The translations under genes and the position numbers were made by a program. Source: an uncultured Desulfospira sp. (lineage in GTDB: Bacteria; Desulfobacterota; Desulfobacteria; Desulfobacterales; Desulfobacteraceae). Taken from it: a DNA stretch of 64,000 nucleotides. Under the pieces are notes generated by a model. The model made no database searches and was not told the origin of the DNA. It saw only the letters and a program-made list of their open reading frames with translations. Of this stretch, positions 1 through 10,937 are shown piece by piece. Position 1 is the first letter of the stretch, and each line of letters starts with the position of its first letter. The DNA is taken from contig OY760175.1 of assembly GCA_963663165.1 (NCBI GenBank), positions 3,424,001 to 3,488,000 on the forward strand, given 5' to 3'.

Positions 1-1115
1 GTGACGTTGCCGTTGTCCAGGGTTTCAATGCGCTGTTCATCCATGCCAGAGCCTAAGGTCAGGACACCGAGAACCTGGGTCTCCCCCCTTGTGAAAAGGG
101 CGGAACCATGGGGTCTTGGCAGGCAGCCGGCTTCACAGGTAATCTGCCGGACTTCATCAAAGGCCCGGCCGTCAATGCGCCGGCCCTCTTCCAGAACAAT
201 TTTCCGGCTGACCTCTTTAACGGTTTTGCTGAAAACCTCTTTAACCTCTCCGATCTGGTCGGGATAGGTTTCGGCAAAATGGGCCACGGTCTCTTCTTTG
301 AGCTGGCTTAAGGCATTCTGGCGCTCAATTTTTGTTTTGATCTGGACCTTTTCATGGATCTGATCTGTGGCAAAAACCTTGACCGCTGCAGCCAGGGCCT
401 CGTCCCTTTCAGCCGGTACAAAAATTCGTTTTTCCTTGCCCACGGCAGCTTTGAGTTCAACCTGAAGATCAATGGCCGGCTGCATGGCCTCATGGCCGAA
501 AAAGATGGCGTCCAGCATATCGGTTTCAGATACGATATTGGCACCGGCTTCCACCATGACCACACCGGTTTTAGACCCGGCAACGGTCAGGTCGATATCG
601 CTTTCCTCCATCTGGGCCGGGGTGGGGTTGGCAATAAACTCTCCGTTGACCCGCCCGACTTTGATGCCGGCAATGGGACCGTTAAAGGGAATGTCGGATA
701 TTTCCAGAGCGGCCGATGCGCCGATCATGGCCAGTATCCCCGGATCACACTGTTTGTCCGTTGACAGAACTGTGGCAATGACCTGGGTTTCATAGTTGTA
801 ACCGGTTTCAAACAGAGGCCGGATGGGCCGGTCAATGAGCCGGGCCCTTAAGGTTTCGTTTTCTGAAGGCCGGCCGATTTCCCGTCTGAAATAGTTCCCC
901 GGGATTCGCCCTGCGGCATAAATTTTTTCCTGGTATTCCACGGACAGGGGCAGAAAACCGGCGTCCGGTTTGGGGTCTTTGGACGCCACCGCCGTTACCA
1001 GGACCATCGCTTCCCCGTATTGGACCACTACGGCGCCTGACGCCTGTTTGGCCATTTTTCCCGTGCTGATGGAAAGTTCTTTTCCACCAATGAGTGCGTT
1101 AACTTCTTTTTCCAT
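1..1115 (-). CDS. pnp: Polyribonucleotide nucleotidyltransferase (PNPase), 5' part only; the gene runs off the left edge of the window
   Basis: Not in the ORF track. Manual translation from ATG at 1115 gives [35 protein letters not shown], and later RGETQVL. It has an AGGAG SD and lies downstream of rpsO. Confidence 0.96.
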   Translation of the reverse strand, partial: MEKEVNALIGGKELSISTGKMAKQASGAVVVQYGEAMVLVTAVASKDPKPDAGFLPLSVEYQEKIYAAGRIPGNYFRREIGRPSENETLRARLIDRPIRPLFETGYNYETQVIATVLSTDKQCDPGILAMIGASAALEISDIPFNGPIAGIKVGRVNGEFIANPTPAQMEESDIDLTVAGSKTGVVMVEAGANIVSETDMLDAIFFGHEAMQPAIDLQVELKAAVGKEKRIFVPAERDEALAAAVKVFATDQIHEKVQIKTKIERQNALSQLKEETVAHFAETYPDQIGEVKEVFSKTVKEVSRKIVLEEGRRIDGRAFDEVRQITCEAGCLPRPHGSALFTRGETQVLGVLTLGSGMDEQRIETLDNGNV

Positions 1116-1138
1116 AATATCTCCTAAAAATTAAAAAA

Positions 1139-1250
1139 GGCGAAAATTTCAGGAGACCTTATAAATATAAACCCGCATCTTTGCCATCAAACCGCTGGCT
1201 TGATGGCAAAGATGCGACTATATTTAAAAGGGGTCCCAAAATTTGCCGCC
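1139..1250 (-). promoter_or_regulatory. Long imperfect stem-loop in the pnp 5' leader (candidate RNase III/autoregulation site)
   Basis: Perfect 17-bp inverted repeat CGCATCTTTGCCATCAA (1174-1190) / TTGATGGCAAAGATGCG (1200-1216), extended by outer imperfect arms. Confidence 0.7.
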
Positions 1251-1262
1251 CGGATGGTAATA

Positions 1263-1302
1263 AAAACCGGTTTTTAACCCTTACCAGGCTAAAAACCGGT
1301 TT
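1263..1302 (-). terminator. Hairpin downstream of rpsO, probable intrinsic terminator
   Basis: Inverted repeat AAACCGGTTTTTA ... TAAAAACCGGTTT just after the rpsO stop. Confidence 0.55.
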
Positions 1303-1310
1303 ATGATGCA

Positions 1311-1580
1311 TTATCTTCTCAGTCCCAATCGTTCAATCAGCGATCGGTACCGGTTAATGTCCGTTTTCTTCAGATAATCCAGCAGGCTTCTGCGCCGTCC
1401 AACCAGGATGAGCAGTCCCCGCCGGGAATGATGGTCTTTTTTGTGAAACTTTAAATGTTCGGTAAGATAACTGATCCGGTGGGTTAAAATGGCCACCTGA
1501 ACTTCAGGGGAACCGGTGTCTGACTCGTGGAGCTTGAATTTTTTAATCATCTCCTCTTTGTTTTCTGCAAGTAAAACCAC
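1311..1580 (-). CDS. rpsO: 30S ribosomal protein S15
   Basis: [13 protein letters not shown] and [10 protein letters not shown] motifs; 89 aa; GTG start after GGAG. Confidence 0.98.
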   Translation of the reverse strand: MVLLAENKEEMIKKFKLHESDTGSPEVQVAILTHRISYLTEHLKFHKKDHHSRRGLLILVGRRRSLLDYLKKTDINRYRSLIERLGLRR

Positions 1581-1612
1581 GCTTGACTCCTTTTTCTTGG
1601 AATAAACAATCT

Positions 1613-1699
1613 ATGGTGTGGACTCCGGCGAGCCTTCTTTTACGGTCTTAAACCAATATTCCATTCAGAATAAGACAAGAACGGCTGCCAAAACACCAT
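1613..1699 (-). promoter_or_regulatory. Structured leader upstream of rpsO (candidate S15 autoregulatory RNA)
   Basis: Nested complementary blocks ATGGTGT/ACACCAT, AGCC/GGCT, TTCTT/AAGAA and GTCTTA/TAAGAC. Confidence 0.5.
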
Positions 1700-1708
1700 C
1701 GCAAATTA

Positions 1709-1797
1709 TGTGAAAGTCTCACTAACAAACTGAAAAGACCTTCGTTTTTGGTTATGGACCGATGCTTGGCTGGATAACCAAAGGTGGTCCATGACCG
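1709..1797 (-). mobile_element. Repeat family B copy 1 (two-hairpin, TAA-flanked mini-element)
   Basis: Reverse complement reads TAA-CGGTCATGGACC...TTGGTTATCCAGCCAAG...GTTAGTGAGACTTTCACA-TAA and aligns with the copies at 21130, 21218, 36093 and 59798. Confidence 0.8.
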
Positions 1798-1822
1798 TTA
1801 TACAACCAGATGTCAATAACAG

Positions 1823-2749
1823 TTATTCGGCAAAAACGCAAGAATAATTGTAGGTTAACCCGGTCTCATCCGGAAAAATAACCGCTGCCAGATCGCCTGC
1901 CTCATCAAGGACCCTGATAAAGTCCCCGCCTTTATCAGGCCGATCGGATGTGTCAATCTGATCCGCAGGGATATCCTGGCAGGTCAGCGCCTGGCCGTGG
2001 CGGATTTTTTGAATAATGGACCGGTCGGCCCTGAAACCGCGCATAAAGCTTAACGCCTTGGCCATGGGGATTACAGATTGTTCCAGAGAGGCTTTTTCTT
2101 CTTTTTCAATTGTATCCAGAGACAGGGCCTTTTCAAGGCCAAATCCGCTTGAGCCGGTCCTGACCAGACCTGAAAGATGGGCCGGGCATCCCAGCCGCTG
2201 CCCCATGTCCTGGGCCAGGCGCCTGATATAGGTTCCTGAAGAGCAATGGACATAAAAACTGAAAACCGGCAAATCCATGGACTCAATGCCGATATCAAAG
2301 ATATGGATTTTCCTGGGGGGCTTTTCAATCATGGTCCCCTGCCGGGCCAGTTTATATAAGGGCTGTCCCTTATGCTTTAATGCGGAAAAGCTTGGCGGCA
2401 CCTGATCCTGGGGGCCTTTAAATTCCTCTAAAACCTGCTTAACCATATCCGGTGTGATCCGGGAAAGGGTATCCGGATCTGCAGTCCGGGTCGGGGTGCC
2501 GGTTTTATCATAGGTATCGGTCTCAAATCCTAAGGCAACCTGGGCCAGATAGCTTTTGTTCCCTTCCAGAAAAAATTTGGAAATCCGGCATGCTTTTCCC
2601 AGGGCAATGAGCATCAGGCCTGTGGCAAAAGGGTCCAGGGTGCCGGTGTGGCCGGCCTTTTTGGCGCCGAACGCCCTTTTTACCCGGGCCACGACCTGGG
2701 CTGAAGAGATATGTTCCGGCTTATCAACCGGCAGGATACCATGAATCAT
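1823..2749 (-). CDS. truB: tRNA pseudouridine(55) synthase
   Basis: GHTGTLDPFATG and SSGTYIR motifs; operon position after rbfA. Confidence 0.97.
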   Translation of the reverse strand: MIHGILPVDKPEHISSAQVVARVKRAFGAKKAGHTGTLDPFATGLMLIALGKACRISKFFLEGNKSYLAQVALGFETDTYDKTGTPTRTADPDTLSRITPDMVKQVLEEFKGPQDQVPPSFSALKHKGQPLYKLARQGTMIEKPPRKIHIFDIGIESMDLPVFSFYVHCSSGTYIRRLAQDMGQRLGCPAHLSGLVRTGSSGFGLEKALSLDTIEKEEKASLEQSVIPMAKALSFMRGFRADRSIIQKIRHGQALTCQDIPADQIDTSDRPDKGGDFIRVLDEAGDLAAVIFPDETGLTYNYSCVFAE

Positions 2750-2761
2750 TTGAATTATAAA

Positions 2762-3148
2762 TCAGGCGTCAGAAGCCGGTGACGGTTCAGGATCTGTTGA
2801 ATCAGAGTGGACAGCAGACTTGATCAGTGCGTCCATTTTAGCAGCCTTGTCAAAGGTGTCATCATAGACAAATTTTAAGTCCGGCATGTATTTGAGACCA
2901 AGTTTCGGGGCAATCCGTTTTTTGATGAAACCTTTGGACTTTCTAAAGCCGTCCAGGACCTCTTCTTTTTTCTGAGGGGTGCCGAACACAGTGATATAGA
3001 CATAGGCAATCCTTAAATCCGGGGTCATTTTCACTCCGGATACCGTTGCCATTTCGATCCTGGGATCCTGCATTTTTTTGCTTAACAGATCGGTAACGGC
3101 TTTCTGGATTTTAATACCGATCCGTTCGCCCCGGGCATAAGGTTTCAT
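2762..3148 (-). CDS. rbfA: Ribosome-binding factor A
   Basis: DPRI..TVSGVKMTPDL and P.LKF.YD motifs; lies between infB and truB. Confidence 0.96.
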   Translation of the reverse strand: MKPYARGERIGIKIQKAVTDLLSKKMQDPRIEMATVSGVKMTPDLRIAYVYITVFGTPQKKEEVLDGFRKSKGFIKKRIAPKLGLKYMPDLKFVYDDTFDKAAKMDALIKSAVHSDSTDPEPSPASDA

Positions 3149-6091
3149 TTATTCTGCCTTGTAGGCTCTTTCTTCAACTTCATAACATTCAATGGCATCA
3201 CCGATTTTAATGTCATTGAATTTCTCAAGGCCGATACCGCACTCGTATCCCTGTTCCACTTCCTTGACATCATCTTTAAACCGGCGCAGGGATGACAGGG
3301 CCGTGTCGCATTTGATAACCCCGTCCCGAAGCAGTCTGATTTTCTTGCCCCTGACCACTTTGCCCTCGACAATCTGGCAGCCGGCAATGGTACCAACCTT
3401 GGGCACCACAAAGGTATCCCGGACCTCGGCCCGGCCAATGATGATTTCATGGAAGGTGGAGGGCATCATGCCATCCAGGGCCGCCTTGATATCGTTGATT
3501 ACATCATAGATGATATCATAAAAGCGCATGTCCACATTTTCATCCTTGGCCATCTTTCTGATCTGGGGCGTGGGCCTGACGTTAAATCCGATAATAATGG
3601 CATCGGATACCCCGGCCAGGGCCACGTCTGATTCATTGATGGTGCCGGCACCGGAATGAACAATCTTGACATCCACTTCTTCTTTGGCCAGGTCTTTAAG
3701 GGAATCGTTAAGGGCCTCAATGGAGCCCTGGACATCTGCCTTGACAATAAGCTTGAGTTCCTTGGTCTCAGCGGAACCCAGGTTCTCAAACATTTTTTCA
3801 AGGTTGGCCCGGCTCTTTTTGGCCAGTTCCTTGGCCCGCTGTTTCTGCATTCTGTGGCCGGCAATCTGCTTGGCATCCTTGTCCGATGCCACAGCAATGA
3901 ACTCGTCCCCGGCGTCCGGTACACCGGTTAGGCCCACGATCTCCACCGGCGTGCTGGGGCCGGCCTCATCAATCCGGTTCCCGTCGTCGTCGATCATGGC
4001 CCGGATCCTTCCCGAATGAAGGCCGCAGACAATGGGATCACCGTCTTTTAAGGTGCCCTGTTTGACCAGGACCGTGGCCACGGCGCCCCGGCCCGTATCC
4101 AGCCGGGATTCCACCACATAACCTGAGGCGTTACGGTCAGGATTGGCTTTAAGTTCAAGCACTTCGGACTGGAGCATCACCATTTCAAGCAGGTCGTCAA
4201 TGCCCTGCCCGGTTTTGGCTGAGACCTTCACAAAGATCACATCCCCGCCCCAGTCTTCGGCCAGCAGATTATATTCGGACAATTCTCTCATAATCCGGTC
4301 CGGATCAGCACCTTCCTTGTCCATTTTATTTACGGCCACCACCACCGGGACTTCAGCAGCCTTGGAGTGGTTGATGGCCTCAATGGTCTGGGGCATGACC
4401 CCGTCATCGGCCGCCACCACCAGGATAACGATATCCGTTACCTGGGCGCCCCTGGATCTCATGGCGGTAAATGCCGCATGGCCCGGGGTATCCAGGAAGG
4501 TAATTCTGCCGCCGCCGGGAGTCCGGACATTGTAGGCACCAATGTGCTGGGTGATGCCGCCGGCCTCTCCGCTTGTAATTTTAGACTTGCGGATCACATC
4601 CAGAAGAGAGGTTTTACCATGGTCGACATGACCCATGATGGTGACCACCGGGGCCCTTTCAATCATGTTGCCCTCATCCTCTTCTTCAGTGGGGATATTG
4701 AGCAGGGTATCTTCTTCGAAGCTTGCCTTTTCCACTTCAAAATCAAACTCCCCGGCCACAAGAGATGCGGTTTCAAAGTCAATGGTCTGGTTAACCGTTG
4801 CCATGACCCCCATGGTCATGAGTTTGGCAATCATCTCATTGGCCTTGATGCCCATCCGTTTGGCCAGTTCGGCAAGTTCAATGGCCTCATCAATTTTAAC
4901 CCGTCGCTTAATGGCCTTGGGGGTTGTGATCTGGGTCTTCTGGAACCCGCCTTTTTTGCTGTCTTTTTTGCCCTTCTTTCTTCTTCCCCGGTCATAGAGG
5001 GCATCCCCCTCTACCACAGACTTTTTCTTTCTTTTTTTCCGCTTTCCGGCAAATTCAGAATCCTGGAGGTCTTTTCGCCAGTCCTTCTTTCTGGCGCCGG
5101 GCTCTGAGCCATGGGCGTCAGCCATATGCATATCAGCAATCATGTCTTTGGGCGTGGGTTGGGGCGCTGCAGCCCCGTTCTTTCTGGCCGGTCCCCTTCC
5201 CTGCTCCGCCACTGGCGGGGCGGTGCCTCTTCTTTTGTCGTCAGCCGGTCTCATTTTCTGAAGGTTCTCCAGTACCGTGGGATCTGCCACTTTAACGATT
5301 TTGGCCGGGGTGACTTTTTTCTTTTTCTTCTTCTTTTTGCCACCGGCCTTGGCCTTGTCGGAATCATCTTCAGGGGCTTCGGACTCATCAATCTGGGTTC
5401 CGGCATCCTCAAGCCCGGAATCATCCTGGGGCACTTCTTTCTGGCTTTCAGGCTCCGGGACGAGGTCTGCCGCCGGCTCAACAACCGCCTCGGGAGATTC
5501 CGGCTCGGGCACTTCAACAGTCTGACCCGCGGCTTCTTTGGTTTCGGCAGCCTCCGGGATTCCCGGTTCCGGGGGTTCCTCTGCGGCAGGCTTGATGATT
5601 TTGGCCGGTTGAATGATTTTGGCAGGCTCCAATTTCTTGGCTTTGAGGGCTTTTTTCTTGACCGGCGCCGGTGTTTCCTCTATTGGCGTTTCTTCCTGGG
5701 CAGGCATTTTTTCCACTTCATCTAAAACGGGCTCATCGTCGGTTTCCCGGGCATCGACAGGGACTTTTGAAGCGGGCTCGGCCTGATCATCTGGCTGGGG
5801 CGTTGCCGGGATCTGGTCGGCGGCTTCTTCTATTTGCTCATCAACGGCATCCTGAACAGGCTCTGGGTCCACTTTGGCTCTCCGTCTCCGGATGACCGAC
5901 GGTTTGACCTTTACATCCTGCTTTGTCTTCTTTTTACCGAACAGGCTTTGCCTGATGGTTCTGATATCAATGTCTTCTAAAGAACTCATATGGCTTTTAA
6001 CTTCTATGTCCAGTTCTTTCATTTTGTTCAAAAGCGCTCTGTTTGTCATATTCAGATCTTTAGCTAACTCATATACTCTGACTTTCGCCAT
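3149..6091 (-). CDS. infB: Translation initiation factor IF-2
   Basis: [10 protein letters not shown]-terminus; [13 protein letters not shown] and NKMD GTPase motifs. Confidence 0.99.
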   Translation of the reverse strand: MAKVRVYELAKDLNMTNRALLNKMKELDIEVKSHMSSLEDIDIRTIRQSLFGKKKTKQDVKVKPSVIRRRRAKVDPEPVQDAVDEQIEEAADQIPATPQPDDQAEPASKVPVDARETDDEPVLDEVEKMPAQEETPIEETPAPVKKKALKAKKLEPAKIIQPAKIIKPAAEEPPEPGIPEAAETKEAAGQTVEVPEPESPEAVVEPAADLVPEPESQKEVPQDDSGLEDAGTQIDESEAPEDDSDKAKAGGKKKKKKKKVTPAKIVKVADPTVLENLQKMRPADDKRRGTAPPVAEQGRGPARKNGAAAPQPTPKDMIADMHMADAHGSEPGARKKDWRKDLQDSEFAGKRKKRKKKSVVEGDALYDRGRRKKGKKDSKKGGFQKTQITTPKAIKRRVKIDEAIELAELAKRMGIKANEMIAKLMTMGVMATVNQTIDFETASLVAGEFDFEVEKASFEEDTLLNIPTEEEDEGNMIERAPVVTIMGHVDHGKTSLLDVIRKSKITSGEAGGITQHIGAYNVRTPGGGRITFLDTPGHAAFTAMRSRGAQVTDIVILVVAADDGVMPQTIEAINHSKAAEVPVVVAVNKMDKEGADPDRIMRELSEYNLLAEDWGGDVIFVKVSAKTGQGIDDLLEMVMLQSEVLELKANPDRNASGYVVESRLDTGRGAVATVLVKQGTLKDGDPIVCGLHSGRIRAMIDDDGNRIDEAGPSTPVEIVGLTGVPDAGDEFIAVASDKDAKQIAGHRMQKQRAKELAKKSRANLEKMFENLGSAETKELKLIVKADVQGSIEALNDSLKDLAKEEVDVKIVHSGAGTINESDVALAGVSDAIIIGFNVRPTPQIRKMAKDENVDMRFYDIIYDVINDIKAALDGMMPSTFHEIIIGRAEVRDTFVVPKVGTIAGCQIVEGKVVRGKKIRLLRDGVIKCDTALSSLRRFKDDVKEVEQGYECGIGLEKFNDIKIGDAIECYEVEERAYKAE

Positions 6092-6156
6092 TGGCTGCCC
6101 CCAAGTAGTCCTCTTTTATGTTTCCCTGCATTATCGTTTTGTCGTATACGGTTTAC

Positions 6157-7554
6157 CTAAACATTTCCCCCATCCTCATCGTCCTCTGTTGGCTCCGGGT
6201 CTTCTTGAACCACTTCATCGTCCGGGTCCTGAACCGCAGAATCATCTTCTTTTTCAATCTCTTCAGGCAGGTCTTCGGCCATTCCTTCGGGTTCGGGCTC
6301 CCCGACCGGCGCCGCCTCGTTTAAAATCAGTTGTTTGGCCTCATCAATGGTGGCCTGGGCATCTTCTTCCGAACACTCCATGACCGAGGCAATATCCTCT
6401 ACCGAGGCTTCGGATATATCGTTAAAGGAGGCATACCCGGATTTAAACAGCACCTCTGCCATGGACAGGCCCACATTGCTCAGCTGCATGAGGCTGTCAT
6501 ACCCCTGCTTAACTTCCCGGCTGTATTCTTCTTCACTGGTCACTTCAAGGTGCCAGCCGGTAATCTCGCAGGCCAGAGACACGTTCTGCCCGCCCTTGCC
6601 AATGGCAATGGAAAGGTATTCATCATTGACAATAACTTCCATGAACTCATTTTCTTCGTCAATAATCACCCGTGAAATTTCAGCCGGTGACAAGGCATTG
6701 CACACAAACCGGGCCACATCCGGACTCCATTGGACAATGTCGATTTTTTCACCCCGAAGCTCCTGGACAATATTCTGGACCCGGTTGCCCTTCATCCCCA
6801 CACAGGCCCCGACCGGATCAACATCCGAATCTGAGGAAGATACGGCAATCTTTGCCCTGACACCCGGGACCCGGGCCGCTCCATTGATGGTGACAATCCC
6901 TTCCGAGACTTCAGGCACTTCCGTTTTGAACAATTCAATGAGAAATTCAGGGCGGGTCCGGGACAAAATAATCTGAGCCCCTTTGGATTCCTCTAAGACA
7001 TCCACCACATAGGCCCGTATCCGGTCTCCGCGCTTATAATTCTCCTTGGGCATCTGCTCCCTTGGCCTTAACACCGCCTCTGCCTGACCGAGGTTAACAA
7101 TAATGGCCCCCCGGTCAAACCGCTGGACAATGCCGTTGATGATCTTGTGCTTTTTATGGATAAAATTTTCATAAACGGCATTTCTTTCGGCTTCACGCAT
7201 TTTCTGGATAATGACCTGCTTGGCGGACTGGGCGGCAATCCGGCCAAAATCTTCAGTATCCACCAGCACGCCAAGGCTGTCGCCGATTTCACATTCAGGA
7301 TCATACTCATACCCTTCTTCCAGCGTAAGTTCACTGTCCGGATACTCAACCTCTTCAACCACCTCTTTAAAATGGAACACCTCAACTTCACCGGTCTTTT
7401 CATCGTAGTGGACTTCAATATCCGCCCTTGGGCCGATCTTTTTCCTGGCTGCTGAAACAATAGCCTCTTTGATGGTATTTATCAGGACTTCAGGATCAAT
7501 CCCTTTTTCACGGCTCACCTGGTCGATAACTCTTTTTATATCTGTGATAAACAT
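6157..7554 (-). CDS. nusA: Transcription termination/antitermination factor NusA
   Basis: FGRIAAQSAKQVI, DPVGACVG and AIGKGGQNV motifs. Start moved to ATG 7554 (MFITDIKR), which follows GGAG and avoids overlap with rimP. Confidence 0.97.
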   Translation of the reverse strand: MFITDIKRVIDQVSREKGIDPEVLINTIKEAIVSAARKKIGPRADIEVHYDEKTGEVEVFHFKEVVEEVEYPDSELTLEEGYEYDPECEIGDSLGVLVDTEDFGRIAAQSAKQVIIQKMREAERNAVYENFIHKKHKIINGIVQRFDRGAIIVNLGQAEAVLRPREQMPKENYKRGDRIRAYVVDVLEESKGAQIILSRTRPEFLIELFKTEVPEVSEGIVTINGAARVPGVRAKIAVSSSDSDVDPVGACVGMKGNRVQNIVQELRGEKIDIVQWSPDVARFVCNALSPAEISRVIIDEENEFMEVIVNDEYLSIAIGKGGQNVSLACEITGWHLEVTSEEEYSREVKQGYDSLMQLSNVGLSMAEVLFKSGYASFNDISEASVEDIASVMECSEEDAQATIDEAKQLILNEAAPVGEPEPEGMAEDLPEEIEKEDDSAVQDPDDEVVQEDPEPTEDDEDGGNV

Positions 7555-7570
7555 CTTTGGGTGTTCTCCA

Positions 7571-8047
7571 TTATAAATCTCCTGCAAGCATGGCCTTGCA
7601 GATGTTGAGATCCGAAATCTCCACTGGATTGCCGTCAATGGCAAGAACTACACTGGATTCCCCTGTTGTTTCAAGAATCCCGGTAAATCTTTTCCGCCCG
7701 TTAACGGCTTCATGGGTTTCAATTTTTATTTTTGACCCTTTAAATCGATGGAAGTCCTCCTTTTTTTTTAAAGGCCGGTTGGGTCCGGGTGAAGATACTT
7801 CAAGTCTGTATGAACCGATATCCTCGATTTGGACATCAATTAAATCCCCTAACTGCCGGCTGATCAGCACACAGTCATCCAGGGTAATACCGCCGGGTTT
7901 ATCCACGAACAGGCGGACAATTTTTTCACGGTTTTGACCCAACACTTCCACATGAACCAGTTCAAAATTTTCCGATTCACACAGGGGTTCCGCCACCTGG
8001 GTCACCCTGTCTACTGTTGTGTTGTGCTGGTCTCTGCCTTTTGCCAA
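7571..8047 (-). CDS. rimP: Ribosome maturation factor RimP
   Basis: GITLDDC..ISR and YRLEVSSPG.NRPL motifs; first gene of the nusA-infB operon; TTG start. Confidence 0.95.
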   Translation of the reverse strand: MAKGRDQHNTTVDRVTQVAEPLCESENFELVHVEVLGQNREKIVRLFVDKPGGITLDDCVLISRQLGDLIDVQIEDIGSYRLEVSSPGPNRPLKKKEDFHRFKGSKIKIETHEAVNGRKRFTGILETTGESSVVLAIDGNPVEISDLNICKAMLAGDL

Positions 8048-8071
8048 ACCTTAAAGTATCCTTGTCTTAAA

Positions 8072-8236
8072 TAGTGTTTGGGCGAAAAGTCACCCATCTG
8101 CTGCGTTGCAGAAAAATTTGCAATCCTCACAACCCCAAGGTTGCTCCGGTTGCAAATTTTTTCTGGTTTCTGACCTTTGGTTACGCCTTGCATCTGGGCA
8201 ACTTTTCACCCAAACGCAAGTTTCAATCAGGCACTA
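8072..8236 (-). mobile_element. Repeat family A copy 1 (TA-flanked nested-hairpin, ERIC-like MITE)
   Basis: Reverse complement reads TA-GTGCCTGA...GTTTGGGTGAAAAGTTGCCCA GATGCAAGGCG...GGAGCAACC TTGG GGTTGTGAGG...CAACGCAGCAGA TGGGTGACTTTTCGCCCAAACAC-TA. Homologous to the copies at 35381, 43781 and 49345. Confidence 0.8.
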
Positions 8237-8241
8237 AATAC

Positions 8242-8262
8242 AAAAACGGGCAGACGCCCGTT
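8242..8262 (-). promoter_or_regulatory. rimP leader hairpin/terminator (GGGC...GCCC followed by a U-tract)
   Basis: Minus strand reads AACGGGC GTCT GCCCG TTTTT upstream of rimP, matching the widespread rimP-leader motif. Confidence 0.65.
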
Positions 8263-8358
8263 CCTGGTGTAACGTTACTTAACTTCCGCCCCTGACTTAC
8301 CAGGCGGATCATCTTTAGATTCCATATCAGTGGAACATGTCTGCCTTCCCAAATAATC

Positions 8359-8434
8359 TGGAGCGGGCAACGAGGCTCGAACTCGCGACATCAAGCTTGG
8401 GAAGCTTGCACTCTACCAACTGAGTTATGCCCGC
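8359..8434 (-). tRNA. tRNA-Gly(CCC)
   Basis: GCGGGCATAACTCAGTTGGTAGAGTG CAAGC TTCCCAA GCTTG ...GTTCGAG...CCCGCTCCA cloverleaf with encoded CCA. Confidence 0.97.
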
Positions 8435-8487
8435 ATCAGCAGCGCAATATAACAGCCGCCATTTACTTTGTCAATACCCCATTTTCC

Positions 8488-10935
8488 TTAGGGCAAATCC
8501 GCATTAACCGTATCCAGCACATGCCTGGTAATATTGGAATGCAGCTTCTGAACATTTTTTTCTGTCAGGGTTTTTTGTGCAGACCGGTAAACCACCCTGA
8601 AAGACAAGGACTTTTTCCCCTCCGGGATAGGGCTGCCTTCAAACAGGTCAAACAAGAAAAGATCCTCAACAAGGCGCTCTTTTGAAGCCTTTTCTCTCAT
8701 CCGGGACAACACCGCTTCAACCTCAAGGCCTGAATCCACAATAAAGGTCATGTCTCTGGAAATGGACGGGAATTTCGGGAGCAAAGACGCCTGAATTTGC
8801 TCGGGCATCATTTCCATGAGGGCGGACAATGTAAAATCAAAAATAAAAGCATCCTGTTTCAGCCCAAAATTCTTAAGAACTTCGCTGCTGATTTTGCCAA
8901 TGGTTCCAGCGGCAATCTGTCCTTTTTTAACCACGGCCCCGGCCCCTTTCTCAAAATAAGGGCAGCTGTCATCTTCGATCCTTACATATTCGGCACCCTC
9001 AATAAAAAGGGTTTGAAAAAGGGCCTCAACAACCCCTTTCATATCATAAAAATCCAAAGGGGTTTTCTGGGAATACCAGGTCTGGTCTTCCCGGTTTCCG
9101 GTTAACAGGCCGGCAACCGTTTCAACTTCATTGGGCTGTTCACCCATTGCAGTGGCGTAAAATACCTTGCCTATCTCAAACACCTTTACGGTTTCGGTCT
9201 GCTGGGCATTATTCTTTTTCATGGTTTCCAGCAGGCCGGGGATCAATGAAGACCGCAATACAGACATCTGGTCCGAAATGGGATTTAAAATCTGTTCAAC
9301 CCTTCGCCGGGGATCTGTTTCAGACAGCATGAGCCTGTCACAGGAGGCCTCGTGGGCAAAATTATAATTGATGGCCTCATGAAGGGAGAACCCGTTCATG
9401 GCCTGCCGGATTTTCTGCCGGACCAGGAAAAGACTGGACAGGGCCTTTCCCTTTGCCGGAACCGGCGGATAACTGGTTTCAATTTTATTGTATCCCCATA
9501 GCCTGGCCACTTCCTCGGACAGGTCTTCAGGCCGGCTGACATCCACCCTAAAAGACGGGACATCGACTTTGAGCATGGTTTCATCAACCTTCTCAACCCC
9601 AAACGCCACGGTTTCAAGAATGTCGGCAATGTCATCCCTGGACAGGTCTGTTCCTAACCGGACATTCATGGCCCTGGTGTTCAGGTCAAGGCAAACCTTG
9701 TCCACTTTGGCCGGATATTCATCAATGATATCTTTGGCAATAACGGCTGAATCACAGACTTGTGCCATCAGGGAAACCGCCCTTTGCATGGCATAGACCG
9801 TGCCTTCAGGGTCTGCCCCCCGCTCATACCGGTGGGAGGCATCCGTGGCAATGCCGGTCCGCTTTGCAGTCTTTCTTACGGAAACATGATTAAAATAAGC
9901 GCTTTCAATCAATACCCGGGTGGTGGCATCGGAAATTTCCGAATTCTCCCCGCCCATCACGCCCGCAAGGGCTACCGGTCGCTCCCCGTCGCAGATCATG
10001 AGCATGTCAGGTTCCAGGGTATGGGTTTTGGAGTCCAAGGTGATAAATTCAATGGGAGCACCGGCTTTTCTGACCACAATCCGGCCGCCGGCCAGATCGT
10101 CATAGTCAAAGGCGTGCAGGGGCTGGCCCGTCTCCATCATCACAAAATTGGTGATATCCACCACATTGTTAATGGGGGTCATGCCAACAGATTCCAGTTT
10201 CTGGCGCAGCCATAAAGGAGAGGGTGCCACCTTGACATCAAAGACCATTCCGGCTGAATATCTCGGGCACAAATCAGGATCTTTTATCTCCACCTTGGCA
10301 AAGTCATGGATGGATTGGGTTCCGATTCGGTCTTTGGGAAAGGTCACATCGGGTTTGGTAATTTGGGCCTTGGGTTCGCTGAAGGCCCCGATCTCCCTTG
10401 CAACCCCCATAAGGCTTAAGCAGTCGGGCCGGTTAGGGGTCAGGTCAATTTCAAGCCGGGCGTCATTCAATGCCATGGCCTGGCTTATGGGCGTGCCGGG
10501 TTCAAGCGCATCGGAAAGATCCATGAGCCCGGATGCGTCGGCATTAAGCCGAAGTTCTGCGGCGCTGCACAGCATCCCTTGCGAAACCTCTCCCCTGAGT
10601 TTGCTTTTTTTGATTTTCAGATCTCCGGGCAGAACGGCTCCGGGAAGGGCACAGGGAACCACCATGTTTTCCCTGACATTGGGTGCCCCGCAAACAATCT
10701 GGACCGGTTCCGGGGCATTGGGGTCACCCACATCCACCTGGCAGACAGAAAGCTTGTCTGCATTGGGATGTTGTTTAACCTCCAGGACCCTGGCCACAAC
10801 AATATTGTCCAGGTAGTCGTAAAGGTTCTCAATAGAGTCCACTTCAAGCCCGGCCATGGTAAGTCTGTCGGCCAGTTCCTGGGGCTGAAAATCTACGGGA
10901 ATATATTCTTTTAACCAGCTGAGACTGACTTTCAT
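8488..10935 (-). CDS. pheT: Phenylalanine--tRNA ligase beta subunit
   Basis: MKVSLSWLKEY, HPNADKL, TPNRPDCLS and GQPLHAFD motifs; C-terminal ferredoxin-fold anticodon-binding domain. Confidence 0.99.
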   Translation of the reverse strand: MKVSLSWLKEYIPVDFQPQELADRLTMAGLEVDSIENLYDYLDNIVVARVLEVKQHPNADKLSVCQVDVGDPNAPEPVQIVCGAPNVRENMVVPCALPGAVLPGDLKIKKSKLRGEVSQGMLCSAAELRLNADASGLMDLSDALEPGTPISQAMALNDARLEIDLTPNRPDCLSLMGVAREIGAFSEPKAQITKPDVTFPKDRIGTQSIHDFAKVEIKDPDLCPRYSAGMVFDVKVAPSPLWLRQKLESVGMTPINNVVDITNFVMMETGQPLHAFDYDDLAGGRIVVRKAGAPIEFITLDSKTHTLEPDMLMICDGERPVALAGVMGGENSEISDATTRVLIESAYFNHVSVRKTAKRTGIATDASHRYERGADPEGTVYAMQRAVSLMAQVCDSAVIAKDIIDEYPAKVDKVCLDLNTRAMNVRLGTDLSRDDIADILETVAFGVEKVDETMLKVDVPSFRVDVSRPEDLSEEVARLWGYNKIETSYPPVPAKGKALSSLFLVRQKIRQAMNGFSLHEAINYNFAHEASCDRLMLSETDPRRRVEQILNPISDQMSVLRSSLIPGLLETMKKNNAQQTETVKVFEIGKVFYATAMGEQPNEVETVAGLLTGNREDQTWYSQKTPLDFYDMKGVVEALFQTLFIEGAEYVRIEDDSCPYFEKGAGAVVKKGQIAAGTIGKISSEVLKNFGLKQDAFIFDFTLSALMEMMPEQIQASLLPKFPSISRDMTFIVDSGLEVEAVLSRMREKASKERLVEDLFLFDLFEGSPIPEGKKSLSFRVVYRSAQKTLTEKNVQKLHSNITRHVLDTVNADLP

Positions 10936-10937
10936 AA

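Noticed and set aside
1..795. Short ORFs listed in the track at the left edge
   Set aside because: They overlap the pnp reading frame, which the track missed because its stop lies outside the window.
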